From contig CM075992.1 in assembly GCA_038087875.1 (NCBI GenBank), forward strand, positions 4,156,001 to 4,220,000: a stretch of 64,000 nucleotides of DNA, given 5' to 3'. The notes beneath the pieces were generated by a model. That model ran no database searches, had not been told where the DNA came from, and saw only the letters and a program-made list of their open reading frames with translations. This document shows, piece after piece, positions 14,279 through 25,925 of the stretch (positions within the stretch are counted from its first letter, which is position 1; the number at the start of each line of letters is the position of its first letter). Origin of the DNA: Malacoraja senta. Lineage: Eukaryota. The position numbers and the translations under genes were made by a program.

Positions 14279-14306
14279 CTGAAGAAGGGTCTCGACCCGA
14301 AACGTC
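14279..14306 (+). ncRNA. Minimal hammerhead ribozyme motif (Penelope-type)
   Basis: CTGAAGAAGGGTCTCGACCCGAAACGTC; identical motif at 11850-11877(-) and 63179-63206(+). Confidence 0.7.
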
Positions 14307-14897
14307 ACCCATTCCTTCTCTCCAGAGATGCTGCCTGTCCCGCTGAGTTACTCCAGCATTTTGCGTCTATTTGCAGGTGCTCCGATGCCTAACTATCTGC
14401 TTTGGCAGCTTAATCTTTATATCCAAATGTTAGATTCTGCATGTGTTACAGGTAGCTTTAGTAATTGCGACTGGCATTTGTAAGTTCCATTGATCCGTAT
14501 CGATTGAGACAGTGGGGGGGGGGGGTGAACAGTCGGGGCCAAGGTAGTAGAATTGGATTAGCCCTTCACCTTGTGACTAATATCAAACTTCAATGTAGGA
14601 TTAATATTTGGACAGGTTCCACGATAAGTCATCACGGTGTTTTGCCTGATAGATTGAATTGGGAGAGATGTAGAACATTGCGATCAATGAACTCTAATAG
14701 ATTAATATATACGTGTGATCCTGCAGGCCAAACAAGAATGGATCTGCATTTGTATAGCACCTGTAATATTCATCTGCGACCTTGCACAAGAGCAGCAAAG
14801 CCAGTTTAATTTTTGTGAGTTTAGTTCGGGAGATACAGCACGAAAACAGGCCCTTCGGCCCACCGAGTCCGCACCGACCAGCGATCCCCGCGCACTA

Positions 14898-15126
14898 GAG
14901 GCCTGTCCCACCTGGGCGTCATTTGCTCGTCATTTATGCGACATAATTTACGCGTCACGACGCACGGCGCGCGCACTACGTTGGTGCGCATTACGCGCGC
15001 ATGGTGCGTGGTGACGTAGGCAGTGACGCGCGGTCGCGCGCGGCGCCCCGGGATTTTGGGATGTACAAAATCTTCGTGGCGCCATCTGCGTTGACGCGCA
15101 AATGACGCCCAAATAGGACAGGACCT
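14898..15126. mobile_element. PIF/Harbinger-type MITE inserted in a SINE
   Basis: GAGGCCTGTCCCACCTGGGCGTCATTTGC ... GCAAATGACGCCCAAATAGGACAGGACCT; flanks CTA/TTA; same subfamily as 4675-4871 in the opposite orientation. Confidence 0.8.
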
Positions 15127-15732
15127 TTACACTATCTTACAATTTTTCCATTTATACCAAGCCAATAAACCAACAAACCCGTACGTCTTTGGAGTGCGGG
15201 GAGGAAACCGGATGATCTTGGAGAAAACCCACGCAGGTCACGGGGAGAACTCCACACAGACAGCACCCGTAGTCGGGATCGAACCTGGGTCTCTAGTGAC
15301 GTAAGGCACCACCATGCCACACAAACACTGTATGGGACAGGTTTAGAGGGATGTGAGTCAAACACAGGCAGGGGAGACCCAGTGTAGATGGGGCATGTTG
15401 GTTGGCGTGGGCAAGTTGGGCCAAAGTTGTTTCCATGCTGTCCCTCTAAACTAAACCAACAAATCTGTCTATGACTCTATGACTAAACCACTTGCCATTG
15501 TCTAAAAGCTTTAACCACAAGCTTTGGAAGAGTGCTGAAGCGGTTTACCACGATGATGCCTGGATTAGTGGCCATCAGATACAATGTGCGGCTGGGTAGA
15601 CGTGGATTGTTTTCTCTGGAACGTCAGAGGTTATATGGAGACCTGACGGAAATATATTAAATTATGAGTGGCATAGACAGGGTAGACAGTCAGAACCTTG
15701 TACCTTGGGTGAAAACAGCTAAGAGGAGATGT

Positions 15733-16170
15733 GACAATAGACAATAGACAATAGGTGCAGGAGGAGGCCATTCGGCCCTTCGAGCCAGCACCGCCATTCA
15801 ATGTGATCATGGCTGATCATCCCCAATCAGTACCCCGTTCCTGCCTTCTCCCCATATCCCCTGACTCCGCTATCTTTAAGAGCCCTATCTAGCTCTCTCT
15901 TGAAACTATCCAGAGAACCCGCCTCCACGCCCTCTGAGGCAGAGAATTCCACAGACTCACCACTCTCTGGGTGAAAAAGTGTTTCCTCGTCTCCGTTCTA
16001 AATGGCTTACCCCTTATTCTTAAACTGTGACCCTGGTTCTGGACTCCCCCAACATCGGGAACATGCTTCCTTGCCTCTAGCCTGTCCAAGCCCTTAACAA
16101 TCTTATATGTTTCAATAAGATATCCTCTCATCCTTCTAAACTCCAGAGTGTACAAGCCCAGTCGCTTGAG
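15733..16170 (-). mobile_element. CR1 LINE 3' fragment nested in an older CR1 fragment
   Basis: KRLGLYTLEFRRMRGYLIETYKIVKGLDRLEA...FFTQRVVSLWNSLP; (TATTGTC)n tail. Confidence 0.88.
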
Positions 16171-17011
16171 GGGAAACAATACTACACAGAGAGTGGTGAG
16201 CACCTGGAACACGCTGAACATACCTATTGCCCAAAAATTAGCCTTAAGTGAGGTGTTAGGGATATTGTTAAGGCAGCGATAGATAGATTCTTGATTAGGT
16301 TATGGGGAGAAGGCAGGAGAATGGGGTTGAGAGGGATAGATTGATCAGCCGTGATTGAATGGCGGAGTAGAGTTGACGGGCCGAATGGCCTAGTTCTGCT
16401 CCTATCACTAATGAACAGATGAATCACATCTGGCTGGCAGTATAGGCAGCAACACTGCTGGCTTAAGGCTTAAAGAGCCATACGTGGTTTTAATAGACCA
16501 AAGGAAATCAGTTTTTGTGCAGCAGTTACGAAGCATGATACCCTGTTGATAACGAAATTAATTAAAATGAATTAATAATCTCGCTACCTGTCAGAGCAAT
16601 TAAAACTATGTTGGTCTTGGATAAAATAAATCCATTTTTAATATTACTTCAGGCCATTCGTCAGGTTTTCACAGTGTTCTCATATTTGGATTTCTGCCAA
16701 GAATCATGGTTTTATTACCCCGGAAGTAATAAATTCTTGAATATTTTCCTTCCTAGTTTAGCTTTCAGGTACAGCACGGAAACAGGCCTTTCGGCCCATC
16801 GGGTCCAAGCCAAGCATCGATTACCTATTCGAACTGGCACTGTGGAAGGGTCACGAGTCACGACCCAAAAGGTCAGTCGGAAGAAAGGACCCAACCTGAA
16901 ATGTCACCAACCCATGTCCTCCAGAGATGCTGCCTGTCCCGTTGAATTAGTCCAGCAGTTTTTCAGTAGCCCAGCATGCGCAGTTCCTTGATTCTCCATA
17001 CTATCCCACTT

Positions 17012-17462
17012 TAGAAACATAGAAAAATAGGTGCAGGAGGAGGCCATTCGGCCCTCGAGCCATGGCTGATCGTCCCCTATCAATAACCCGTGCCTGCCTT
17101 CTCCCCATATCCCTTGATTCCATTAGCCCCTAGAGCTCTATCTAACTCTCTCTTAAATCCATCCAGTGATTTGGCCTCCACTGCCCTCTGTGGCAGGGAA
17201 TTCCATAAATTCACAACTCTCTGGGTGAAAAAGTTTTTTCTCACCTCAGTCTTAAATGACCTCCCCTTTATTCTAAGACTGCGGCCCCTGGTTCTGGACT
17301 CGCCCAACATTGGGAACATTTTTCCTGCATCTAGCTTGTCCAGTCCTTTTATAATTTAAGATGTTTCTATAAGATCCCCCCCTCGTCCTTCTAAACTCCA
17401 GTGAATACAAGCCTAGTCTTCTCAATCTTTCCTCATATGACAGTCCCGCCATCCCAGGGATC
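17012..17462 (-). mobile_element. CR1 LINE 3' fragment
   Basis: IPGMAGLSYEERLRRLGLYSLEFRR and MFPMLGESRTRGRSLRIKG...FFTQRVVNLWNSLPQ in two frames. Confidence 0.9.
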
Positions 17463-17959
17463 TTGGCTACTCCCAACACACTAGGGGGCAATTTACAGAG
17501 GCCAATTAACCTACAAACCTGCAGGTCTTTGGGATTTGGACCTCAGACCGCAGTGATACAGCATGGAAACAGGCCCTTCGGCCCACCGAACAGTGATCAC
17601 CCCGTACACTAACACACTCCTGGACACTAAAGCACAATTTACAATTTCACCAAGCCAATTAAACTACAAATCTCTATGTCTTTGGATTGTGGGAGGAAAC
17701 GGGAGCACCCGGGGAAAACCCCACGCTGGTTGCAGGGAGAACGTACAAACTCCGCACAGACAGCACTCGCACAGATAGGATTGAACCCGGGTCTCTGGCG
17801 CAGTAACTCGAGTACACTGTACCTTTAAACTAAACTAAATTCTACCAAATATTCCACTCTGCCACCCACATACGCAGAGAGAATGAGCTGAGAATAATAG
17901 CAAATGGTATAAATCTGTAAATAAGACTCTTTTCTTTGAGAAAATGAAAGCAGTAACAT

Positions 17960-18354
17960 TAGAATCCACACTGACCTTTCTGTCCTCGGTCTCCTCCATT
18001 GTCAGAGTGAGGCTAAACGCAAATTGGAGGAACAGCATCTCATATTTCGCTTGGACAGCTTACAGCCCAGTGGCATGAATATTGATTTCTCTCACTTCAA
18101 GTAGCCCCGGCATCCCCCTCTCTCCCTATCCCTCCCCCACCCAAGTCGCACCAGCTTCTCGTTCTCACCTAACAATGGGCTGTTTCCTTTGTCATTCTTT
18201 TCGAACATCTTTCAATTAATGTTCGATATCTCTCTACATCAGCGTCTATATCTCTCGTTTACCTTATCCCGTGACTTTCAGTCTGAAGAGGGGTCTCGAC
18301 CCGAAACGTCACCCATCCCTTCTCTCCAGAGATGCTGCCTGTCCCACTGAGTAA
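17960..18354 (+). mobile_element. Penelope-like element 3' end (GIY-YIG C-terminal remnant + terminal repeat with hammerhead motif)
   Basis: 17968-18100 is homologous to the GIY-YIG ORF end at 36235-36500 (KLEEQHLIFRL..L.P.GMNIDF); hammerhead motif at 18283-18310; the repeat resumes at 21188 after the MITE. Confidence 0.8.
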
Positions 18355-21187
18355 TGCCCCTGTCCCACTTAGGCAATTTTTTAGGCTGTCGCAACATGGC
18401 CGCCGGGGGTGTCTCCCTGTATGGTCGGGAGTCGTCTCCTCAATCGCCTAAAGTATCGTAGCGTCTTTCTTGTCGCTGCTGGATTTTGAAATGTTCAAAA
18501 CTTTTTGGCGACGGTGGTTTGACGCCAATGAGCGTAGCTTGTCTTCTCCTTACGTAGATGCGGTCGAAGGTTGTTGCCAGGTTAACGTAGGTTGTCGCCA
18601 GGTGGCGTAGGTTGTCGCCAGGTGACGTAGGTTGTCGCCAGGTGACATAGGTTGTCGCCAGGTTAACGTAGGTTGTCGCCAGGTGACATAAGTTGTCGCC
18701 AGGTGATGTAGGTTGTCGCCAGGTTAACGTAGGTTGTCGCCAGGTGGCGTAGGTTGTCGCCAGGTGACGTAGGTTGTCGCCAGGTGACATAGGTTGTCGC
18801 CAGGTTAACGTAGGTTGTCGCCAGGTGACATAAGTTGTCGCCAGGTGATGTAGGTTGTCGCCAGGTTAACGTAGGTTGTCGCCAGGTGACGTAAGTTGTC
18901 GCCAGGTTAACATAGGTTGTTGCCAGGTGACGTAGGTTGTCGCCAGGTTAACATAGGTTGTCGCCAGGTGACGTAAGTTGTCGCCAGGTTAACATAGGTT
19001 GTTGCCAGGTGACGTAGGTTGTCGCCAGGATGAAGTAAGTTGTCGCCAGGTGATGTAGGTTGTCGCCAGGTGATGTAGGTTGTCGCCAGGTGACGTAGGT
19101 TGTCGCCAGGTGACGTAGGTTGTCGCCAGGTGGCGTAGGTTGTCGCCAGGTGGCGTAGGTTGTCGCCAGGTGACGTAGGTTGTCGCCAGGTTAACATAGG
19201 TTGTCGCCAGGTGACGTAGGTTGTCGCCAGGTGACGTAAGTTGTCGCCAGGATGAAGTAGGTTGTCGCCAGGTGACGTAGGTTGTCGCCAGGTGACGTAG
19301 GTTGTCGCCAGGTGACGTAGGTTGTCGCCAGGTGGCGTAGGTTGTCGCCAGGTGACGTAGGTTGTCGCCAGGTTAACATAGGTTGTCGCCAGGTGACGTA
19401 AGTTGTCGCCAGGATGAAGTAGGTTGTCGCCAGGTGACGTAAGTTGTCGCCAGGATGAAGTAGGTTGTCGCCAGGTGACGTAGGTTGTCGCCAGGTGACG
19501 TAGGTTGTCGCCAGGTGACGTAGGTTGTCGCCGGGTGACGTAGGTTGTCGCCAGGTGACGTAAGTTGTCGCCAGGATGAAGTAGGTTGTCGCCAGGTGAC
19601 GTAGGTTGTCGCCAGGTGACGTAGGTTGTCGCCAGGTGACGTAGGTTGTCGCCAGGTGACATAAGTTGTCGCCAGGATGAAGTAGGTTGTCGCCAGGTGA
19701 CGTAGGTTGTCGCCAGGTGACGTAGGTTGTCGCCAGGTGACGTAGGTTGTCGCCAGGTGACGTAGGTTGTCGCCAGGTGACGTAAGTTGTCGCCAGGATG
19801 AAGTAGGTTGTCGCCAGGTGACGTAGGTTGTCGCCAGGTGACGTAAGTTGTCGCCAGGATGAAGTAGGTTGTCGCCAGGTGACGTAGGTTGTCGCCAGGA
19901 TGAAGTAGGTTGTCGCCAGGTGACGTAGGTTGTCGCCAGGTGACGTAAGTTGTCGCCAGGATGAAGTAGGTTGTCGCCAGGTGACGTAGGTTGTCGCCAG
20001 GATGAAGTAGGTTGTCGCCAGGTGACGTAGGTTGTCGCCAGGTTAACATAGGTTGTCGCCAGGTGACGTAAGTTGTCGCCAGGATGAAGTAGGTTGTCGC
20101 CAGGTGACGTAAGTTGTCGCCAGGATGAAGTAGGTTGTCGCCAGGTGACGTAGGTTGTCGCCAGGTGACGTAGGTTGTCGCCAGGATGAAGTAGGTTGTC
20201 GCTAGGTGACGTAAGTTGTCGCCAGGATGAAGTAGGTTGTCGCCAGGTGACGTAGGTTGTTGCCAGGTTAACGTAGGTTGTCGCCAGGTGATGTAGGTTG
20301 TTGCCAGGTTAATGTAGGTTGTCGCCAGGTGACGTAAGTTGTCGCCAGGTTAACATAGGTTGTCGCCAGGTGATGTAGGTTGTCGCCAGGTGACGTAAGT
20401 TGTCGCCAGGATGAAGTAGGTTGTCGCCAGGTGACGTAGGTTGTCGCCAGGTGACGTAAGTTGTCGCCAGGATGAAGTAGGTTGTCGCCAGGTGACGTAA
20501 GTTGTCGCCAGGATGAAGTAGGTTGTCGCCAGGTGACGTAAGTTGTCGCCAGGATGAAGTAGGTTGTCGCCAGGTGACGTAAGTTGTCGCCAGGTGACGT
20601 AGGTTGTCGCCAGGTGACGTAAGTTGTCGCCAGGATGAAGTAGGTTGTCGCCAGGTGACGTAAGTTGTCGCCAGGATGAAGTAGGTTGTCGCCAGGTGAC
20701 GTAAGTTGTCGCCAGGTGACGTAGGTTGTCGCCAGGTGACGTAAGTTGTCGCCAGGATGAAGTAGGTTGTCGCCAGGTGACGTAGGTTGTCGCCAGGTGA
20801 CGTAGGTTGTCGCCAGGTGACGTAGGTTGTCGCCAGGTGACGTAGGTTGTCGCCAGGTGACGTAGGTTGTCGCCAGGTGACGTAGGTTGTCGCCAGGTGA
20901 CGTAGGTTGTCGCCAGGTTAATGTAGGTTGTCGCCAGGATGAAGTAGGGTTGTCGCCAGGTGACGTAAGTTGTCGCCAGGTGACGTAAGTTGTCGCCAGG
21001 ATGAAGTAGGTTGTCGCAGGTGACGTAGGTTGTCGCCAGGTGCCTGCCTTAGTTTTTGTTGTTGTTGAAGCATAATTCTATTTCAAATTTTATGTCGAAG
21101 GGGGGGGGGGGGTCCATTCGCCGTTTTTTCGGCGACCTGCTACGACTATGACAGTCGCCTAAAAATAGCCTAAGTGGGACAGGCCCA
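18355..21187. mobile_element. PIF/Harbinger-type MITE carrying an internal satellite
   Basis: TIR TGCCCCTGTCCCACTTAGGCAATTTTTTAGGC / GCCTAAAAATAGCCTAAGTGGGACAGGCCCA; flanks TAA/TTA; host repeat CTGAG|TTACTCCAGC continues on both sides. Confidence 0.85.
18567..21043. repeat. 20/21-bp minisatellite/satellite, ~120 units
   Basis: Unit GTAGGTTGTCGCCAGGTGAC with 21-bp variants ending GTTAAC or GATGAA. Confidence 0.97.
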
Positions 21188-22279
21188 TTACTCCAGCATG
21201 TTGTGTCTACCTTCGATTTAAACCAGCATCTGGAGTTCTTTCCTACCCACATTAGGATCTGTCTTGTGCGATTCCACTTCACAGGGCCCCAGATCAGTTG
21301 TCTACTCATTTTCTATCTCTATATACTTACAGCAGAGTAATGCACATTCCACAAGCCATTCAACCAATACTTTGCAATGACTAACAACATCATTGAAAAT
21401 ATTATTGATGTGGCAGTGTAATAGGGGAGGCATTACTGGGAATTAATAAAGCAATTCAAAAGTCATTATTCCATAATTGCTTTATTATTTATGAACTGAA
21501 GTCATAGAATTACTCACATATTGTTCTTTTTTGCTTAATATAGCTTTGCTGAATACAATCTCTTTTGTTTTAAATTAGTTGCAGAAATGGCACGATTTCC
21601 TCTGTGATTTTGTCTTGAGGGGGTATTTTAAGGTTTGGGGATTTGGGGAAACCTTGGTTTGGATTTACGGCAGATAAAGGTGATGATTTTGGGTGTTTGC
21701 GGTCAGTTAAAGCGGTCAGCCAAGGCTCAGTGTAAAACCGTCTCAACTCTTGCACCAAAGGGTCGCGAGTTCAAACCCAGCTCCAGACGCCAATTACATT
21801 TAAAAATATGTAAGTGCTGGAGTAACTCAGCCGGTCAGTCAGCATCCCTGGAGGGCATGGGGAGGTGATGTTTTGGGTCAGGACTCTTCTCAGACCTCAA
21901 ATATCTGAAGAAGGGTCACGCCCCCCCCCCCAAATTGTCACCTATCCATGAATGCTGCCTGACCTGCTGAGTTACTCCAGCACTTTGTCCAGAAGTCCTT
22001 CTTTAGTGCTTCCTTAGAGTGGCACGATGGCACAGCGGTAGTGTTGCAGCCTCACAGCGCCAGAGACCCTGGTTCGATCCTGACTACGGGTGCTGTCTTT
22101 ACGGAGTTTGCACGTCCTCCCCGTGATCACATGGGTTTCCTCTCACACTCCAAAGACGTGCAGATTTGTGGGTGAATTGGCCCCAGTGTGTAGGGTAGAG
22201 CTAGTGGGCGGGTGATCTTTGGATGGCTCGGGCTCAGTGGGCCGAAGGGCCTGTTTCCACGCTGTATCAGTAAACTAAA

Positions 22280-22572
22280 ACTTAAACTCGATTTGAAATG
22301 CAAACCCAAACCAACTAGGAGCAGACGAGGGCATTCGATCCAATTTGAGATTCCACCTACCAAGACAGATGTGTACAGCAATTTATTCTTCCCCCGTACT
22401 ATTAAAGCTTGGAATAATCTCCACCCTACTATAGTTACCCAACCAGGTGCAACTACATTTAAGGTAGCTCTTTCTTCCCAAGAACCCTTTCTGGCTTAAG
22501 TCCTCCCTCCACCACCTCCAGTATAAATTCCGGTTGGAATATTTCGGAGGACCAGGAAACCAAGAACCAAGG
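22280..22572 (+). mobile_element. Divergent CR1-group LINE 3' end
   Basis: RSRRGHSIQFEIPPTKTDVYSNLFFPRTIKAWNNL; tail (CCAAGAA)n-like. Confidence 0.6.
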
Positions 22573-23569
22573 CACCCGTTCCTTCTCCCCAGAGATGCTG
22601 CCCGTCCCGCTGAGTTACTCCAGCTTTTTGAGACTAAAATTAGAATGATGTCTGACAGAGTCGTGGGTGGGTCCTGTTAGGGGGGGGCGTCGTCTTTTGA
22701 ACAGAACACCGCTGATCCTCACCCCACAGCCTACAAACCTCCAGGTCTTTGCGCGATACTCCATCAGCTCATTTCTGTGGCTCCAAATTCCCATCAGATG
22801 CCCGGTGGATGGGAAAGGTGATAGGTGAATGTGGCCATCTTTTAAGAAGAAAATCTGCTGCAAACGCATGGAGTTCAAAGCTCAGTTGTAGTCGGAATGA
22901 TATCTGGAGACAATATCTACTGAAACAAAGTCAGCCGGTTTCAAAGCCAAGAGTTCAAAATATAATAACAAGATTTGTTCGTGACCGACAGTGTTTTTAG
23001 CGAATGTTTTCCAAGTTTAAGGAGCTCAGTTCACAGTAGGGGCTATTTATTGATGATTTGGGACTGTTCTTGCAAAGGTCAAAGAGTCAGGAAAGAACTT
23101 TGAGAGAACATCAGAGCAGTTGGATTACATTTCGGATAAAATGGCAGATGAACTCAACCAGCTCTTCCACAACCCATCACCTCGTCCACCCTGAAGGGCG
23201 AGATGTGTGGGAAATAGGCACAGTGGTGCAGCGGTAGAGTTGCTGCCTCACAGTGCCAGAGACCCCGGTTCGATCCTGACTACGGGTGCTGCCTGTATGG
23301 AGTTTGTATGCTCTCCTCGTGGCCTGCGTGGGTTTTCTCCAGGCGCACAGGTTTCCTCCCACACTCCAAAGACGTGCAGGTTTGCAGGTGAATTGGCTTG
23401 GTATCAATGTAACCTTTTCCCTAATGTTTGTAGGTGTGGGATAGTGTTGATGTGCAGACTCGGTGGGCTGAAGGGCCTGATTCTGCGCTGTCTCTCTAAA
23501 CTAAACTAAACTGTCCCAAGTTCCCCAGTCTCCACGGTAAAAACAGAAAAGAAATCTTCAATGAGGATT

Positions 23570-23769
23570 NNNNNNNNNNNNNNNNNNNNNNNNNNNNNNN
23601 NNNNNNNNNNNNNNNNNNNNNNNNNNNNNNNNNNNNNNNNNNNNNNNNNNNNNNNNNNNNNNNNNNNNNNNNNNNNNNNNNNNNNNNNNNNNNNNNNNNN
23701 NNNNNNNNNNNNNNNNNNNNNNNNNNNNNNNNNNNNNNNNNNNNNNNNNNNNNNNNNNNNNNNNNNNNN
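23570..23769. other. Assembly gap (200 N)
   Basis: Run of exactly 200 N. Confidence 0.99.
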
Positions 23770-23792
23770 ATGCTGCCCATCCCGCTGAATTA

Positions 23793-24116
23793 AGGGCCTG
23801 TCCCACTGTACGAGGTAATTCAAGAGCTCTCCCGAGTTTAAAAAAAAATCAAACTGCATGTAGAAGTAAGCATGTAGAATGTACGTCGTGGGTACGTCGG
23901 AGCTCGGGGACGTCTCTTAGCGGCTCGTAACGCTAACGGCAGGTACTCGGGAAACGCGGTAAGCTCGGGAAGATTCGTGAAGATTTTTCAACATGTTGAA
24001 AAATGTCCACGAGGGCCCCGAGTACCTACGAGCGGCCATTACCGTAATTCTCCGAGTTCAAATCAGGGGAAACTCGGGAGAACTCTTGAATTACCTCGTA
24101 CAGTGGGACAGCCCCA
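23793..24116. mobile_element. PIF/Harbinger-type MITE (GTACGAG subfamily)
   Basis: TIR AGGGCCTGTCCCACTGTACGAGGTAATTCAAGAG / CTCTTGAATTACCTCGTACAGTGGGACAGCCCCA; TTA on both flanks. Confidence 0.88.
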
Positions 24117-24889
24117 TTACTGCAGCATTATGTGTCTATCTTCGGTACTTTGGGCAGCTATGAGTGTGGGCATTGATTGCAGTGACAGGGCGAGCTTTGT
24201 GTACTATGACTGGTGCCCCCGATGACCTTGAAGTCTCCGGGATGTTTGCAGGGCTGGAATGTTTTTGTCCGCGTTAAAGCTCCCCGTACGGAGATTGGAA
24301 ACTTTCCTGTCATCAAACCCTCCCGATACCACGCCAGGGCTAGAGCTCGTAGAGTTAGACGTCATACAGCATGGAAAAGGCCCTCCGGCCCAACTTATCC
24401 ATCGTGGCCAACCTACCCCATCTAAGATACAGTGTGGCTCTGCAAGTCCCCGTCGACAAGTGATCACCCGTTTACACTAAAGATGGGCACAAAATGTTGG
24501 AGTAACTCAGCGGGACAGGCAGCATCCCTGGAGAGAAGGAATGGGTGACGTTTCAGGTCGAGACTCTTCTTCCTGCACACCCATTCACACTAGTTCTATA
24601 TTAGCCCACTTTCTCATCCATTCCCTACACATTTGGGACAATTTTACAGAGGCCAATTAACCAACAAAGCCACACATCTGTGGGATGTGGAAGGAAACCA
24701 GAGCACCTGGAGAATGCCCACGCGGTCACAGGGAGAACGTGCAAACTCCGTACAGACAGCAGCTGGAGTCAGGATTGAACTCGGGTCTCTGGCATTGTAA
24801 GGCAGCAGCTCTACCGCTGCGCTGCCGTGCCGCCCCAAAAGCAACTCGCATGTTTGGCCGATATCTACGTGTCCCGGTGAAGAAAGGTG

Positions 24890-25212
24890 CGGTCACGGCA
24901 GCGCAGCGGTAGAGTTGCTGCCTTATGGCGAATGCATCGCCGGAGACCCGGGTTCGATCCCGACTAAGGGTGCTTGTCTGTACGGAGTTTGTACGTTCTC
25001 CCCGTGACCTGCGTGGGTTTTCTCTGAGATCTTCAGTTTCCTCCCACATTCCAAAGACGTGCAGGTTTGTAGGTTAATTGGCTTGGTGTGTGTGTAAATT
25101 GTTCCTAGTGTGTGTAGGATAGTGTTAGTGTGCGGGGAACGCTGGTCGGTGTGGACCCGATGGACCGAAGAGCCTGTGTCCGTGCTGTATCTCTAACCTA
25201 AAACCAAACTAA
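24890..25212 (+). mobile_element. tRNA-derived V-type SINE, full length
   Basis: A box, B box GGTTCGATCC, central domain, CR1-like tail ending in (AAACT)-like repeats. Confidence 0.82.
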
Positions 25213-25299
25213 AAAAGGTGGACAGGCGAGGAGAGGGACGTGGGTTCGCTGGTTGGTCCACACATCCAAGGAAGGCCCTGCAGCAGCCTGGGGCTCGCC

Positions 25300-25925
25300 T
25301 GGAATCTCCTCCCGCCTAGATTACTGCAACTCCCTCTACACTGGCATCAGCCAATCTTCCCTGTCCTGCCTGCAACTGGTCCAAAACGCCGCAGCGAGAC
25401 TCCTGACGGGCACCCGAAAAAGGGACCACATCACCCCGATCCTGGCCTCTCTCCACTGGCTCCCAGTACAGTACAGAATCAATTTCAAGATCCTTCTTTA
25501 TGTTTACAAAGCCCTTAACGGGCTTGCCCCCACCTACATCGAAAGTCTGCCAAACCACCATACCACCTCCAGGCCCCTCAGGTCGGCCGACTTGGGGTTA
25601 CTGACCATCCCGCGGTCTAGGCATAAGCTCAGGGGCGACCGCGCCTTTGCGGTTGCAGCTCCTAGACTGTGGAACAGCTTCCCTCTTCCCATCAGAACTG
25701 TCCCCTCCATCGACTCTTTTAAGTCGAGACTTAAAACTCACCTTTACTCTCAAGCCTTTCCTGACGTCCTCTGAGGGAGGGCTATATGTATGTATTTATG
25801 TATGTACTTAATCTATGAACCACTGTTGTATAACGTTAGTACCTCCACCAATGTAAAGCACTTTGGCCAACGAGAGTTGTTTTTTAAATGTGCTATAGAA
25901 ATAAAAGTGACTTGACTTGACTTGG
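25300..25925 (+). mobile_element. L2-clade LINE 3' fragment
   Basis: SRLDYCNSLY...LQLVQNAAARLLTG...HITPILASLHWLPV..RINFKILL...GDRAFAVAAPRLWNSFP...FKSRLKTHL; tail GTAAAGCACTTTG...AATAAAAG(TGACT)n. Confidence 0.92.

Larger units (their letters stand above)
14146..14370. mobile_element. Inverted pair of Penelope-derived terminal repeats
   Basis: Arms ~14180-14267 and 14279-14366 are near-perfect reverse complements separated by 11 nt. Confidence 0.85.

Noticed and set aside
18567..21043. CRISPR-like array or 380-aa repetitive ORF (18907-20049)
   Set aside because: Units are head-to-tail with no unique spacers and no cas genes; the ORF is a by-product of the satellite
23496..23859. ORFs spanning the N run
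   Set aside because: Artefacts of the assembly gap
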